NCBI GenBank assembly: GCA_964612685.1
Contig: CAZTCF010000002.1
Span: forward strand, 212 to 64,211
From: Candidatus Woesearchaeota archaeon
Lineage (GTDB): Archaea; Nanobdellota; Nanobdellia; Pacearchaeales; GW2011-AR1
Direction: 5' to 3'
DNA length: 64,000 bases
Positions 36,267 to 46,308 of this stretch are shown piece by piece (position 1 is the stretch's first letter; the number at the start of each line of letters is the position of its first letter). Position numbers and translations under genes: made by a program. The notes beneath the pieces were generated by a model. The model did not search any database and was not told where the DNA came from. It saw nothing but the letters and a program-made list of their open reading frames with translations.

Positions 36267-36674
36267 ATGAAAAACACCCCTAAATACTCCCTAATACTTG
36301 TAATCTTCCTACTGTCAATACTGGCTTCAGGTATACTAACTTTTGTATCTGTTGAGGAAGCGTGCGGAGGAGTTCAAACAACCTGTTACGCAGTTCAAAC
36401 TTCCCAATATGAGACAACTTTAGGAATAAAAAATGCACATATAGGATTATTTGCATTCTCAATTATGGCAATATTAATATTCTTACACATAAAAAAACCC
36501 TCAAAAAACAAGAAACAACTTATTACAATTGGAATAATAGGGGCAACAATCTTTGCACTTTATTTCCTTTATCTTCAGTTTTTCGTTCTAGATGCATTAT
36601 GTAAATATTGTATGGTTATAGATATAGGAATGATTATAAATTTAGGAATGATGATATTCTGGAAAGATAAATAA
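36267..36674 (+). CDS. VKOR-family (vitamin K epoxide reductase-like) membrane thiol oxidoreductase
   Basis: Loop cysteines CGGVQTTCYAVQTSQY (C-x6-C...S.Y) and a membrane-embedded CKYC (CxxC) motif. Four TM segments. Confidence 0.6.
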   Translation: MKNTPKYSLILVIFLLSILASGILTFVSVEEACGGVQTTCYAVQTSQYETTLGIKNAHIGLFAFSIMAILIFLHIKKPSKNKKQLITIGIIGATIFALYFLYLQFFVLDALCKYCMVIDIGMIINLGMMIFWKDK

Positions 36675-36691
36675 ACCTTCCCTAGATTTTA

Positions 36692-37372
36692 TTACTCCTC
36701 TTTTAATCTACCCTCTAAAGAACCCTCTTTTCCTTTTTTAACATTAAGGAACTTAGTTGAAAATCCAAGTATAACAAATCTACTATCCTTCTCGATAACC
36801 GTCATCTCAATCGGATAAGGAAAATGAAAATCATCCCCTAGTTCAAATTTAATTGCGCCCTTTAAACTAGAAGAATAAAATGCAGTATCTCCTCTCTTTT
36901 CCTTTTCAATTTCCAAAGAATAAGGTAAACCCATAAGAAAGAAATGCAAACTATCCTTATCCTCAAACCCAGTTTCTCTAAAATCTCTCAGGATTTCAGG
37001 AAAAGTCTTATATTTCTCATCAAGTCTTTTATTAACTAGCTTCTCTTTAGCCTCTCTAAGCTTCCCCCTATCGACATAATAATCTAAAAGAGTATATCCA
37101 GACCCCTTAGAATAATCAAAAAATTCTTTTTTAAATATAAAATTCTTAGTTTCATTATAAATAGAATCATTAACCTGATCAAATTTCATAGAATAAATTC
37201 CCAACAAAAAAGAAAAATCTATTTCCTTCTCACCCAGATTAATAAAACTCATTGTAGAAGGAAATCCTCCTCCTTTAGTACGTACCTCATAATTCAGTTT
37301 ATCCTGAGAAAAAGAAGGCGACACACTTGAAAAAAGAAGCGCTCCTGCAAGGAAAATATCCTTAAATTTCAT
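36692..37372 (-). CDS. Secreted hypothetical protein (signal peptide)
   Basis: MKFKDIFLAGALLFSSVSPSFSQ signal-like N-terminus. No recognisable domain. Confidence 0.4.
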   Translation of the reverse strand: MKFKDIFLAGALLFSSVSPSFSQDKLNYEVRTKGGGFPSTMSFINLGEKEIDFSFLLGIYSMKFDQVNDSIYNETKNFIFKKEFFDYSKGSGYTLLDYYVDRGKLREAKEKLVNKRLDEKYKTFPEILRDFRETGFEDKDSLHFFLMGLPYSLEIEKEKRGDTAFYSSSLKGAIKFELGDDFHFPYPIEMTVIEKDSRFVILGFSTKFLNVKKGKEGSLEGRLKEE

Positions 37373-37461
37373 AAAAAAGGAATTTAAAATAGGTATAAAA
37401 GCATTTATATTAAATGATATAACAGGATAAAACTTAAAACTTCGAATAATTTAAGATACTA

Positions 37462-38076
37462 ATGAAAACAAAACAAATACAACAGGGAGCAGAAGCAAAA
37501 ATATTCCTTGATGAAAAAAATAAATTGATAATAAAAGATAGAATATCAAAATCTTACAGAATCTCTGAATTAGATAAAAAAATAATAAAACAAAGAACAA
37601 AAGCAGAAACAAAATTATTAACAAAGGCAAACCAAATAATAAGCGCCCCCTTACCTGAAAATTCTAAAGAATTTAACAAGATAATAATGCCATTTATTGA
37701 TGGAGAAAAGCTTTCGGCTTCTCTCAATGATTTTCCTTTGGAAAAACAAATAAAAATAATGAATAAAGCAGGGGAATCAGTTGCCCTGCTTCACAAATCA
37801 GACATAATTCATGGAGATTTAACCACCTCCAATATTATTTTAAAAGATGAAAAGGTATTCTTCATAGACTTTGGTTTAGGATATATCTCAAAGAAGGTTG
37901 AGGATAAAGCAGTGGATTTACATCTCCTAAAACAAGCTCTTGAAGCCAAGCATTTCCAAAATTGCAAGAAATTATTTGAAGAATTTCAAAAAAACTATTC
38001 TAAAGACTACAAAGAATCTAAGCAAATCTTTGATAGGATGGTATCAATTGAAAGACGTGGAAGATACAGACACTAG
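37462..38076 (+). CDS. bud32: KEOPS complex kinase Bud32/PRPK (Kae1-associated kinase)
   Basis: 204 aa RIO-like minimal kinase. GAEAKIF, catalytic IIHGDLTTSNIIL and IDFGLG (DFG) motifs. Confidence 0.75.
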   Translation: MKTKQIQQGAEAKIFLDEKNKLIIKDRISKSYRISELDKKIIKQRTKAETKLLTKANQIISAPLPENSKEFNKIIMPFIDGEKLSASLNDFPLEKQIKIMNKAGESVALLHKSDIIHGDLTTSNIILKDEKVFFIDFGLGYISKKVEDKAVDLHLLKQALEAKHFQNCKKLFEEFQKNYSKDYKESKQIFDRMVSIERRGRYRH

Positions 38077-38129
38077 AATATCTTAAACTAGTACACATAA
38101 ACTTATAATATATTCTGATTAAAAGAGGT

Positions 38130-38987
38130 GTGATGAAAAAAAATCTAATTTCCATTCTTCTTGCAGGAACAATGTTAACAACCCCTTCATACAATAAAAA
38201 AACAAATAACCTGCCAATAAACAATATTAAAATTAAACAAGACACTCAAAACGTATCTTTAAAGAAAAAAGAATCTATAAATTCAGAAGAATTGAAATAT
38301 ATGAAAATAATATTCGATGAAGTTGGTAAAAGAGATGAAGAATACCTTAATGAAAACCTCTCCAACACAAATATAACGGAGGATGAAGAATCCTTAAAAA
38401 AATATCTAATAAATAGGTTAAAAGAAAAACAGCACACCCCCAGAACAAATAATTCTCCGGCAAGTGAAGAGTATTCCCAAATAAATGAACTTTCAATAAC
38501 TCAAAACAAAATTGTTTATTTGATGCTAAACTCACTTAAAGATTCCTCTTTCTGTAATGAAATTGGAAAGATTATAGAAGAAGATATAAAAAACAAATAC
38601 TCTGAAATTGGAGGGATAGTAACCTTCAAAGAAAAAAATAAAATAAATTTAAAATGTATTGAAAGCGAACTCTCCAAATTTAAAGAAGAGGAAAACGATG
38701 GGCAATACCTTCTCCCTTCTGATGAACACTTTTCAAAAAAAATAGCCTATTTTCATTTACACTCGAGCAAACATAATGAAAAAGAATTTGCTGGACCAAG
38801 CACAACAGATTTGTTTATACTGGAAGCCCATTCTACATTTTCAATTTTAACAAGTGAATTTATAATAACATCTCTAGAAAAAGGAATGTTTAATGTAGAC
38901 TATACCGGAGTTGACAAAAGAAAAGACAAGAAGGCAAAAGTAATAGATCTTGGAAATTATTTTTATGATACCTTGAGTATAAAATAA
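38130..38987 (+). CDS. Secreted hypothetical protein
   Basis: N-terminal hydrophobic signal (ISILLAGTMLTT). No recognisable domain. Confidence 0.35.
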   Translation: MMKKNLISILLAGTMLTTPSYNKKTNNLPINNIKIKQDTQNVSLKKKESINSEELKYMKIIFDEVGKRDEEYLNENLSNTNITEDEESLKKYLINRLKEKQHTPRTNNSPASEEYSQINELSITQNKIVYLMLNSLKDSSFCNEIGKIIEEDIKNKYSEIGGIVTFKEKNKINLKCIESELSKFKEEENDGQYLLPSDEHFSKKIAYFHLHSSKHNEKEFAGPSTTDLFILEAHSTFSILTSEFIITSLEKGMFNVDYTGVDKRKDKKAKVIDLGNYFYDTLSIK

Positions 38988-39029
38988 ATATTTAAGAATA
39001 TTTAAATAATCAAAATAAATAATTTATCT

Positions 39030-39977
39030 ATGATTAAAATTTTTTCTATGTCAAGGGGGAAATTAACCGAAATAAATCCAAAAGAAATAAAGAATGATAA
39101 AAGAACCCAATACTGGATAGACTTAGCATATTCAAATATAGAAGAAATAAAAATAATAAAAGAGATATTTGAAATACACCCTGCTACAGAAGAAGATATT
39201 CTTTCGAACCAAACAAGAACAAAATATGAGGAATTTGAAGAAAATACTGCAGTTATTATACATAGCATAAAGGGACTTGAAGCAACAAACATAAAGACAT
39301 ACAACCTTTCCTTTATACTTGGAGAGAATTATCTTATAACCTCTCACCTAGAAATAAACGAGAACATAGATTCTCTTATAAATTCCCAAAAAAAACTTGA
39401 AAACCTAATGAAAAGGGGAGCAGACTATATTTTTCATTATCTTTTAGACAAAGAGATAGACAAATGTATTCAAATAAAAAGTATATTATTTGAGCAGTTC
39501 AAACAATTAGAAAGAGATTTCATAAACAATCCAGAAAAAGAAGTACTTGAAGACCTATTTGAAAAAGAACTTACCATCTTGGAAATGAGACAGGTAATGG
39601 AATCCCTTACAGACTTATGTCTTAGTCTTACAAAACCAACAGATAACTATCTGGATAACGAACTTCTCCCATATTTCAGAGATATTTATGATCATTCCTT
39701 TAGAACGACTGAATCTCTCAAAAGTATGCTTGGAAGAATAAATGGTATGAGAAATGCATACCAAACAATAACCTCAAACAGACTTAACGAAACAATGAAA
39801 ATTCTTACTATGATAATGGCAATAATGATGCCAATTACAATAATAACTGGATTTTATGGGATGAATGTAAAACTCCCTTTTGAAGACAACCCTAATGCTT
39901 GGATTGTTATCCTTGTATCAATGTTATTTGTGTCTGCAATAATGTATTTTGTTTTCAGAAGAATAAAAATAAATTAA
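39030..39977 (+). CDS. corA: CorA-family magnesium transporter
   Basis: C-terminal two TM helices with the signature GFYGMNVKLPF (GMN motif). Confidence 0.85.
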   Translation: MIKIFSMSRGKLTEINPKEIKNDKRTQYWIDLAYSNIEEIKIIKEIFEIHPATEEDILSNQTRTKYEEFEENTAVIIHSIKGLEATNIKTYNLSFILGENYLITSHLEINENIDSLINSQKKLENLMKRGADYIFHYLLDKEIDKCIQIKSILFEQFKQLERDFINNPEKEVLEDLFEKELTILEMRQVMESLTDLCLSLTKPTDNYLDNELLPYFRDIYDHSFRTTESLKSMLGRINGMRNAYQTITSNRLNETMKILTMIMAIMMPITIITGFYGMNVKLPFEDNPNAWIVILVSMLFVSAIMYFVFRRIKIN

Positions 39978-39980
39978 AAT

Positions 39981-40080
39981 AGCCCCACCAGGATTCGAAC
40001 CTGGGTCCCGGCCTCTCTTCATCTTATCTATTTTCAAGATACCAAAGGGCCGTATACTTGACCACTGTACTATGGGGCTA
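39981..40080 (-). tRNA. tRNA-Gln (anticodon TTG) containing a 27-nt intron at the canonical 37/38 position
   Basis: Minus strand AGCCCCA-TA-GTAC-AGTGGTCAA-GTAT-A-CGGCC-CTTTGG[TATCTTGAAAATAGATAAGATGAAGAG]A-GGCCG-GGAC-CCAGG-TTCGAAT-CCTGG-TGGGGCT-A. The exons give a 73-nt cloverleaf with archaeal A1-U72. Confidence 0.7.
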
Positions 40081-40138
40081 AAGCATTATAGAAAAACAAA
40101 CTTCAAGTAATTTAAAAGGTTTTTGAATGAATATCAAG

Positions 40139-40933
40139 TTATCCAAAAACCCTTTCATAAAATATTTCTCTGTTAATATCCTGCCTCTTAGGAGAAACCC
40201 ATCTTATAACATTCCTAAACCTTACTGGCTTATATTTCTCACCTATTAACGACGCAGCCAACTTTTTATACTCCTCACTAGCTTCAGAACGTGGTTTATA
40301 TTCCACAGATGGCTTAAAATTAGAAAGTGCCCTCAAAAAATCAACATCATGAGGGATAACTGCCATAACCGGGATCTCAAGGGTTGCTTCAACATGTGCT
40401 AAAGGTATTTCAAAGTTCTTATGATGAACCTTATTCAATATTAAACCTGAAATGGGGGTTCCTCTCTGCTTAGCTAGCTTAAGAGCCTTAAGAGTTGTGC
40501 TCAATGTTGGATGATCCGGAGTAGTAACGACTAAAATCTCATCAGAAGCAATCATTGCACTAAGAGTCTCGTTGTCCAAAGAAGGGGAAGAATCAATAAG
40601 AATATAATCATAACTCCTCTTTAGATACCTAAGTTTCTCCTTCATAGAAAATAAATTAGCTTTATAATCTTGGAATATAGAAGCTGGCATTATATCAAAA
40701 TTAGCTAGTTTGTATATAGCCTCAGAAGGATTTGCCTTTTTCTCAAGAACATCTTGTAAAGATATTTCGGGCTCAACAACTTCTAGATGGAGTCCAAGAT
40801 TAGGAGAGGAAATATTTCCATCCACCAATAAAACCTTTTTTCCAAAACTTGCAATTGCAGAACCAAGAGAAACAACCGCAGTTGTCTTCCCAACACCCCC
40901 TTTTAAGGAAACAATCCCTATTGATACACCCAT
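40139..40933 (-). CDS. MinD/ParA-family P-loop ATPase
   Basis: Deviant Walker A GIVSLKGGVGKTT at the N-terminus, with a Walker B-like LIDSSP. Confidence 0.75.
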   Translation of the reverse strand: MGVSIGIVSLKGGVGKTTAVVSLGSAIASFGKKVLLVDGNISSPNLGLHLEVVEPEISLQDVLEKKANPSEAIYKLANFDIMPASIFQDYKANLFSMKEKLRYLKRSYDYILIDSSPSLDNETLSAMIASDEILVVTTPDHPTLSTTLKALKLAKQRGTPISGLILNKVHHKNFEIPLAHVEATLEIPVMAVIPHDVDFLRALSNFKPSVEYKPRSEASEEYKKLAASLIGEKYKPVRFRNVIRWVSPKRQDINREIFYERVFG

Positions 40934-41025
40934 ATCCTATAAAATAAATATTGGTTTAAATAACTTTCACTAATCCTCCAAAAGAGAACAACAAGCTTTA
41001 AAAAACCTTTTTACGAAATACTAAG

Positions 41026-41373
41026 ATGCCAAAAAAGTCAGAAAAAAAGCAAGAAGAAGGAAAAGAAGAAAAGAAGTTAAGTCTAGAAGAGTATGAAAAG
41101 AAGGTTATAGAGCTTGCAAACAAAGGTCTAACTTCCGAAAAAATAGGGGAAGAGTTAAGAAAAAAAGGAATACATCCTAAGGAATATGAAAAAAAGATAT
41201 CAAAAATACTCAAAGATAAATATGTCAGCCCAGATTTGAAAAACACAGAAAAAAAGCTTGAAAATATAGAAGAGCATTTAAAGAATAATAAACAAGATAA
41301 AAAAGCAAAAAGAGAGAGAAGTAGAATATTCTCGCAAGTTAGAAAGATCAAGAAGTACCTGAAAAAATTATAA
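41026..41373 (+). CDS. rps15: Ribosomal protein uS15 (S15P/S13e)
   Basis: GLTSEKIGEELRKKGIHP ... LKNNKQDKKAKRERSRIFSQVRKIKKYLK parallels the S13e/S15P consensus (GLTPSQIG..LRD.HG...NRKDKD..F.L.L.ESRIHRL.RYY). The antisense 40998..41657 ORF is spurious. Confidence 0.65.
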   Translation: MPKKSEKKQEEGKEEKKLSLEEYEKKVIELANKGLTSEKIGEELRKKGIHPKEYEKKISKILKDKYVSPDLKNTEKKLENIEEHLKNNKQDKKAKRERSRIFSQVRKIKKYLKKL

Positions 41374-41391
41374 AACCTTCTTAAATTAAAA

Positions 41392-42738
41392 ATGAGAAAA
41401 GAGGACGAAATTTTAGAAAAAGAAATAAAATTATTTGCTGAAGAATTTATCAAAAAATTGGACAATAAAGAGGCATATATTATAAGCCATTTCGATACAG
41501 ATGGGATAACTTCTGCAAGCATAATGGTAGCAACCCTAAAAAAGTTAGATAAAAAATTCTCTCTAAGAATAGTAAAAAGCCTTGATGAGAAATTTATAAA
41601 CAATCTTCCTAAGGACAAAATGATTGTTTTCTTGGATTTAGCATCAGGAAGTCTCAATCATATAAAAAATGCAAAACTCAAAGATGTTTTCATAATAGAC
41701 CATCATGAAATAACCCAAGAAATACCAGAAAATGTAAAAATAATAAATACTCAATTGTTAAACAAACAAAAAATAAGTGCCTCGGGGTTAACTTATCTTT
41801 TCTCTAAACAAATAAATCCAGAAACAAAAGAACTTTCAAAGCTTGCAATACTTGGGATGATTGGAGATTGTCTTGAAAAAGAAATTGATTCTCTAAACAA
41901 TGGGATTCTTGAAGAAAGCGGAATCCAAAGAAAAAGAGGACTTCTTATTTATCCCTCAACAAGACCTGTAAATAGAGTTTTAGAATATTCTTCTCACCCA
42001 TATATTCCGGAAGTAACCGGGAATATGAAAGGGGTTCTAGAGTTGCTAAGAGAAACAGGACTAACCCCTGAGAAAGGAAAATACAAGAGTTTAATAGAAT
42101 TAGACGAAGGAGAGATGAAAAGCTTAACAACAGCAATTTTATTAAGAAATCCAAAAATAAAGACCAAGGAGCTAGTTGGAGATATATTTCTCATAAAAAT
42201 GTTCAACAAAATAGAAGATGCAAGAGATTTAAGTGCAGTAATAAATGCCTGTTCACGTTCTGGAAAGCCTGAATTGGCCATACAATATTGTCTTGAAATA
42301 TCCTCCTCAAAAAAAGATGTTGAATTAACGCACATTAAATATAAGCAAAACATAGTAACTGGATTAAATTTTGCATATGAAACAGAAAAAATAGAAGGAA
42401 AAGGATTTGTAATAATAAATGCTCAAGAAAACATAAAAGATACAATGATAGGAACCATAGCAAGCATAATATCTAACTCTTCTATTTATGAAGAGGGAAC
42501 AATAATAATAACAATGGCATATTATGATGATAAAATAAAAGTTTCTGCAAGAACTGTAGGAAAAAAAGGAAGGAACTTAAGAGAACTTCTTGAAAGAATA
42601 GTCAACCAAACAGATGGGGAAGTTGGAGGACATGAACATGCTGCAGGATGTTTGATTCACAAAACAAAAGAAAAAGAATTTCTTGATTTGCTTAAAAAAA
42701 ACCTAGAGATAGAAGTAATAAAAATAAGAGATAACTAA
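41392..42738 (+). CDS. DHH/DHHA1 phosphoesterase, archaeal RecJ-like (GAN/Cdc45 homolog)
   Basis: HFDTDGITSASIM (DHH motif I/II), IIDHH (motif III) and C-terminal DHHA1 GGHEHAAG. Confidence 0.7.
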   Translation: MRKEDEILEKEIKLFAEEFIKKLDNKEAYIISHFDTDGITSASIMVATLKKLDKKFSLRIVKSLDEKFINNLPKDKMIVFLDLASGSLNHIKNAKLKDVFIIDHHEITQEIPENVKIINTQLLNKQKISASGLTYLFSKQINPETKELSKLAILGMIGDCLEKEIDSLNNGILEESGIQRKRGLLIYPSTRPVNRVLEYSSHPYIPEVTGNMKGVLELLRETGLTPEKGKYKSLIELDEGEMKSLTTAILLRNPKIKTKELVGDIFLIKMFNKIEDARDLSAVINACSRSGKPELAIQYCLEISSSKKDVELTHIKYKQNIVTGLNFAYETEKIEGKGFVIINAQENIKDTMIGTIASIISNSSIYEEGTIIITMAYYDDKIKVSARTVGKKGRNLRELLERIVNQTDGEVGGHEHAAGCLIHKTKEKEFLDLLKKNLEIEVIKIRDN

Positions 42739-42815
42739 TTCTCGGTAATTATAATAAAAACCAAATCTCAGTAAATCATAACCTTTAAAACCGCATTATT
42801 TCTTGTTAAAATAAG

Positions 42816-43517
42816 ATGGAAGAAGGAGATATGGTTCTTTGCACAGTAGATAGAATATCTGGGACAGTTGTATTTGTAAAAATAGAGGGGGAAGAAAGAG
42901 AAGGTAGCATTATACTAAGCGAAATTGCCCCTGGAAGAATAAGGAACCTAAGAGAATATGTTATCCCTAAGAAAAAGATAGTTTGTAAAGTCCTCAAAAG
43001 CTCAGGAGGAACAATCAGCCTATCTCTTAGAAGAGTTACTCCAAAAGAAAGAAAAGAAGTAATGGATGAATATAATCAGGAAAGAAGTTATATGAGCATT
43101 TTAAGAAGTGTTCTAGGAGAAAAAGCCAATAAAGTCATATCTGAAATAACTCAAGAAGACAGATTATACAAATTCTTTGAAGAATCAAGAACCGATTCAA
43201 AAAAACTTGAAAACCTAATAGGAAAAGAAGACACAAAAAAAGTATTGGATATCATCCTTGAGCAAAAGAAAAAAAAGATAATAATCAAGAGAACAATATA
43301 CTTAAAAACTCAGGAACCTAATGGAATATATACGTTAAAGGACATTTTACACTCTCCAAAAGACATAGAGATAAAATATATCTCTGCGGGAAAATATTCC
43401 CTTAAAATAGAAACAGAAGATGGAAAAAAAGGAGAACAGAAGCTAAAAGTGTTCTTAGACGAAATAGAAAAAAAAGCCAAAGAAGCAGGAGTGCAATTTG
43501 AGGTAAAGGAAAAGTAA
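42816..43517 (+). CDS. eif2a: Translation initiation factor aIF-2 alpha subunit
   Basis: S1 domain with ...FVKIEGEEREGSIILSEIAPGRIRNLREYV...ISLSLRRVT, followed by a helical domain. The true start is probably MVLCTV at 42831. Confidence 0.7.
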   Translation: MEEGDMVLCTVDRISGTVVFVKIEGEEREGSIILSEIAPGRIRNLREYVIPKKKIVCKVLKSSGGTISLSLRRVTPKERKEVMDEYNQERSYMSILRSVLGEKANKVISEITQEDRLYKFFEESRTDSKKLENLIGKEDTKKVLDIILEQKKKKIIIKRTIYLKTQEPNGIYTLKDILHSPKDIEIKYISAGKYSLKIETEDGKKGEQKLKVFLDEIEKKAKEAGVQFEVKEK

Positions 43518-43518
43518 A

Positions 43519-43908
43519 ATGACAGAAAAATTCAAGGTTAAAATTATAGGAATTATGTTTAATCCTAGTGCAAGAAAAATTCTAGTAGGAAGAAATAATG
43601 GAGATAAGCATATGAGTTTTCTTGAAGGGGAGCTAAAATATAACGAAGAGCTTGATGTTGGATTAAAAAGAGTTGCTAAGGAAAAAACAGGATATAAAGT
43701 GCATAATCTGGGGGCAGTTTATGCAGAAAATAAACTAAAGGCAAAAGATGAATTAAGATTATATTTCCTATGTGAAGCGACTGAAGGAAAAGAAAAACCG
43801 GGAAAGAATGTAAAAGAATTGAAATGGATTTCTCCAAAAGAAATAGAAAAACACATAAAACAAAAACTCCCAACCAGATTAAGGGGATATGTCTTTAATT
43901 TAGGATGA
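43519..43908 (+). CDS. NUDIX hydrolase
   Basis: Nudix box-like EGELKYNEELDVGLKRVAKEKTGY (GX5EX7REUXEEXGU pattern). Confidence 0.6.
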   Translation: MTEKFKVKIIGIMFNPSARKILVGRNNGDKHMSFLEGELKYNEELDVGLKRVAKEKTGYKVHNLGAVYAENKLKAKDELRLYFLCEATEGKEKPGKNVKELKWISPKEIEKHIKQKLPTRLRGYVFNLG

Positions 43909-44113
43909 AACTTAAGTTTTACATTAGTTCTGAAGAGAAAAAAATTTATACATTAAAAGATAATTTTGAAAAAAAGAATACTCTTGATGCCCATTATAAA
44001 TTTATAAAAATACGAGACGCCCCAACAAACAATAATAATATCTCTCCAAGAAGATAGAAATATACATTTAGACACAACAATTTTTATAAACAATTTTTAC
44101 AAACCTATAATGT

Positions 44114-44410
44114 ATGGGAAAAATAGAGGTGTATAAAAGAGATTATGAAAAATCAAATGAAGAAGATTATTATAATTTGATTGGAAAAATAAAAAAGAAT
44201 TCATTCATAGGTATGCCCTCAGAAAGAGAATTTCTGACATTTGACGGAGATTTCCTATTAAAAATATCAATGGAGATGTCAAAAAATTACTCGTCAGATA
44301 ATAGACAAGCAAGAATAATGGTTGAAAAAGTAGGTCCAAATACTGAAAAAAATTCAGAAATAGAAAACCTCCTTATAGAAAAAGGATTCAAAAAAGAATC
44401 AAAAAATTAA
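44114..44410 (+). CDS. Hypothetical protein
   Basis: 98-aa ORF, no recognisable motif. Confidence 0.3.
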   Translation: MGKIEVYKRDYEKSNEEDYYNLIGKIKKNSFIGMPSEREFLTFDGDFLLKISMEMSKNYSSDNRQARIMVEKVGPNTEKNSEIENLLIEKGFKKESKN

Positions 44411-44413
44411 TTA

Positions 44414-45019
44414 TCAAAACAATTTAGCTTGATTTTCTTTAACTTCTTTCTTAACAATCTCCATGTCTTTTTCCCACAAGGGGATTAAATCTCGCTTATA
44501 TATTATGGCAGCGGGATGAAAAAGAGGTATGAGTTTTATTTTAATTCCCCCAATATCAACAAATCTAATATTCCCATGTAATGAAGTGATCCCTGGCTGC
44601 TTATCCATATTATCAACATCCCCTCCAGATAAAAAGAATTTAGTTGCATAATTTCCAAGAGAACATATAACCTTAGGTTTTATCTGTTTTATTTGTTCCA
44701 TCAACCAGGGAGTATGTGCTCTTATTTCCTCTGGAAGAGGATCTCTATTTTCAGGAGGACGGCATTTGAGAATATTTGCAATGTAAATATCCTCCAAACT
44801 TAAACCAACTTTAAACAAAAGTTCGTCAAGATTCTTTCCTGCTCTACCAACAAAAGGCAATCCTTGCTCATCTTCATTTTTACCTGGAGCTTCTCCCACA
44901 AATAAAATATCTGCATTAAGATTCCCTTTTCCAACAACAATATTCTTGCAATTCTTACATATCTCTGTCTCTTTTACAAGAGCTATATACTCTGGTTCCA
45001 TACTATAAAAAACAAACAA
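44414..45019 (-). CDS. udg: Uracil-DNA glycosylase, family 4
   Basis: VGEAPGKNEDEQGLPFVGRAGKNLDELL motif A region, N-terminal Cys pair (CKNCKN) for the Fe-S cluster, and later HPAAIIY. Confidence 0.8.
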   Translation of the reverse strand: MFVFYSMEPEYIALVKETEICKNCKNIVVGKGNLNADILFVGEAPGKNEDEQGLPFVGRAGKNLDELLFKVGLSLEDIYIANILKCRPPENRDPLPEEIRAHTPWLMEQIKQIKPKVICSLGNYATKFFLSGGDVDNMDKQPGITSLHGNIRFVDIGGIKIKLIPLFHPAAIIYKRDLIPLWEKDMEIVKKEVKENQAKLF

Positions 45020-45054
45020 AACTTTTTAAACTATATTGTGAAAATATAATTACG

Positions 45055-45507
45055 ATGACAGATGAAAAAGTTTTAGTTTTAATAAAGCCAGATGCAATGG
45101 CAAGAAAATTGTTCGGAATAATTATTTACGATTTAGCACATTTAGATTTAAAGATGATAGGATTAAAGCTTGTAAATGTACAAAAACACCTTGCAGAAAA
45201 GCATTATGAAGTACACAGAGAAAAACCATTCTATCCTGATTTATTAAAGTATATAATGGGAGAATTCCATAATATCCACTCAATTATTGCAATAGCATAC
45301 CAAGGAGAAGATGCAATAAAAAAACTAAGAGAATATGCTGGAAAAACAAACCCAGACGATGCAGATCCCTCAACCCTAAGAGGAAAGTATGGAAAAGTAA
45401 ACTCCAAAACAAATAATTTTGATAATGTTATGCATATTTCAGATTCTCCTGAAAACGGAGAAAAAGAAATTTCAATATGGTTTTCTAAGGAAGAAATAAT
45501 TGAATAA
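45055..45507 (+). CDS. ndk: Nucleoside diphosphate kinase
   Basis: 150 aa. LIKPDAMARKLFG and NVMHISDSPENGEKEISIWF (catalytic His region N.(I/H)HxSDS...E...WF). Confidence 0.8.
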   Translation: MTDEKVLVLIKPDAMARKLFGIIIYDLAHLDLKMIGLKLVNVQKHLAEKHYEVHREKPFYPDLLKYIMGEFHNIHSIIAIAYQGEDAIKKLREYAGKTNPDDADPSTLRGKYGKVNSKTNNFDNVMHISDSPENGEKEISIWFSKEEIIE

Positions 45508-45508
45508 A

Positions 45509-45694
45509 TTACTCTTCAACCTTCTTTTCTAAATCATTTCCTTTATCTTTTTCCAAATCTTTAAAACAATACTTTTTCCCAAGATAAAAAATTGCACTAA
45601 CAGATAAAGCAGCCGTAGCTATAACTGCTAATCCTGCATAAACTGAATTATCTACAGAAGATAAATTTGAATAAATTTCATTAAAGTCTATCAT
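45509..45694 (-). CDS. Small single-TM protein (61 aa)
   Basis: Hydrophobic stretch VYAGLAVIATAALSVSAIFYLG. Confidence 0.3.
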   Translation of the reverse strand: MIDFNEIYSNLSSVDNSVYAGLAVIATAALSVSAIFYLGKKYCFKDLEKDKGNDLEKKVEE

Positions 45695-45757
45695 TTTTTA
45701 TCTTCAATGTAATTTCAGTAATTTTTAAATATATGCCTCTAATTTAATTAATTAGAA

Positions 45758-46045
45758 TTATTTTTTAAATGAGATAAATTTACCTTGATATCTTTCTTCA
45801 AACAAATGCATTTCTTCTCTTTTAATAATAGGATTCCAACCCTTTATCACACCCGTATCTCCTTTTTTTATTAAAGGATTTTCAGAAATAAATAAACCTT
45901 CTAATGAAGAGATAATCCTATTTGATAATGTATCAACATAAACAACTACATCGTAATTATCTTCATCTTTAGGAAAATTAGTTCTTTCATCCTCATAAAA
46001 TTTACCATAAATATAAATATTTTTTTCCAAACTTATTTTTACCAT
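45758..46045 (-). CDS. Hypothetical protein downstream of radA
   Basis: 95-aa ORF, co-oriented and tightly spaced after radA and the Cys-containing ORF. Confidence 0.35.
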   Translation of the reverse strand: MVKISLEKNIYIYGKFYEDERTNFPKDEDNYDVVVYVDTLSNRIISSLEGLFISENPLIKKGDTGVIKGWNPIIKREEMHLFEERYQGKFISFKK

Positions 46046-46050
46046 TTTAT

Positions 46051-46308
46051 TTACAATTCTCTCTTTCCACTTAAATTAAGTAATGCGTCTGTATTATTTA
46101 ACACTTGAATTAATGCGCAATCTTTTCTATCCGTGTCTCTCTTAGCACTACTAAGAATATTTATTGCTCTACAAGAATAACCATCCACAGAACCTCTTAT
46201 AATCAAACTATATTCTGCAGAAGTATTCTTTAAATAATCGTTATAAATCTTACATTCTTTTTCTAATGGACAAAATAAATCTTTAGGCATTTTACTCCTC
46301 CTTATCAC
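46051..46308 (-). CDS. Hypothetical four-cysteine protein overlapping the radA 3-prime end
   Basis: 85 aa, Cys at 13, 19, 46 and 64. Start overlaps the radA stop by 17 nt. Confidence 0.35.
   Translation of the reverse strand: MIRRSKMPKDLFCPLEKECKIYNDYLKNTSAEYSLIIRGSVDGYSCRAINILSSAKRDTDRKDCALIQVLNNTDALLNLSGKREL

Noticed and set aside
40998-41657. 219-aa minus-strand ORF
   Set aside because: Antisense to the well-supported uS15 gene and the 5-prime part of the DHH gene. Ser/Phe/Leu-rich low-complexity translation
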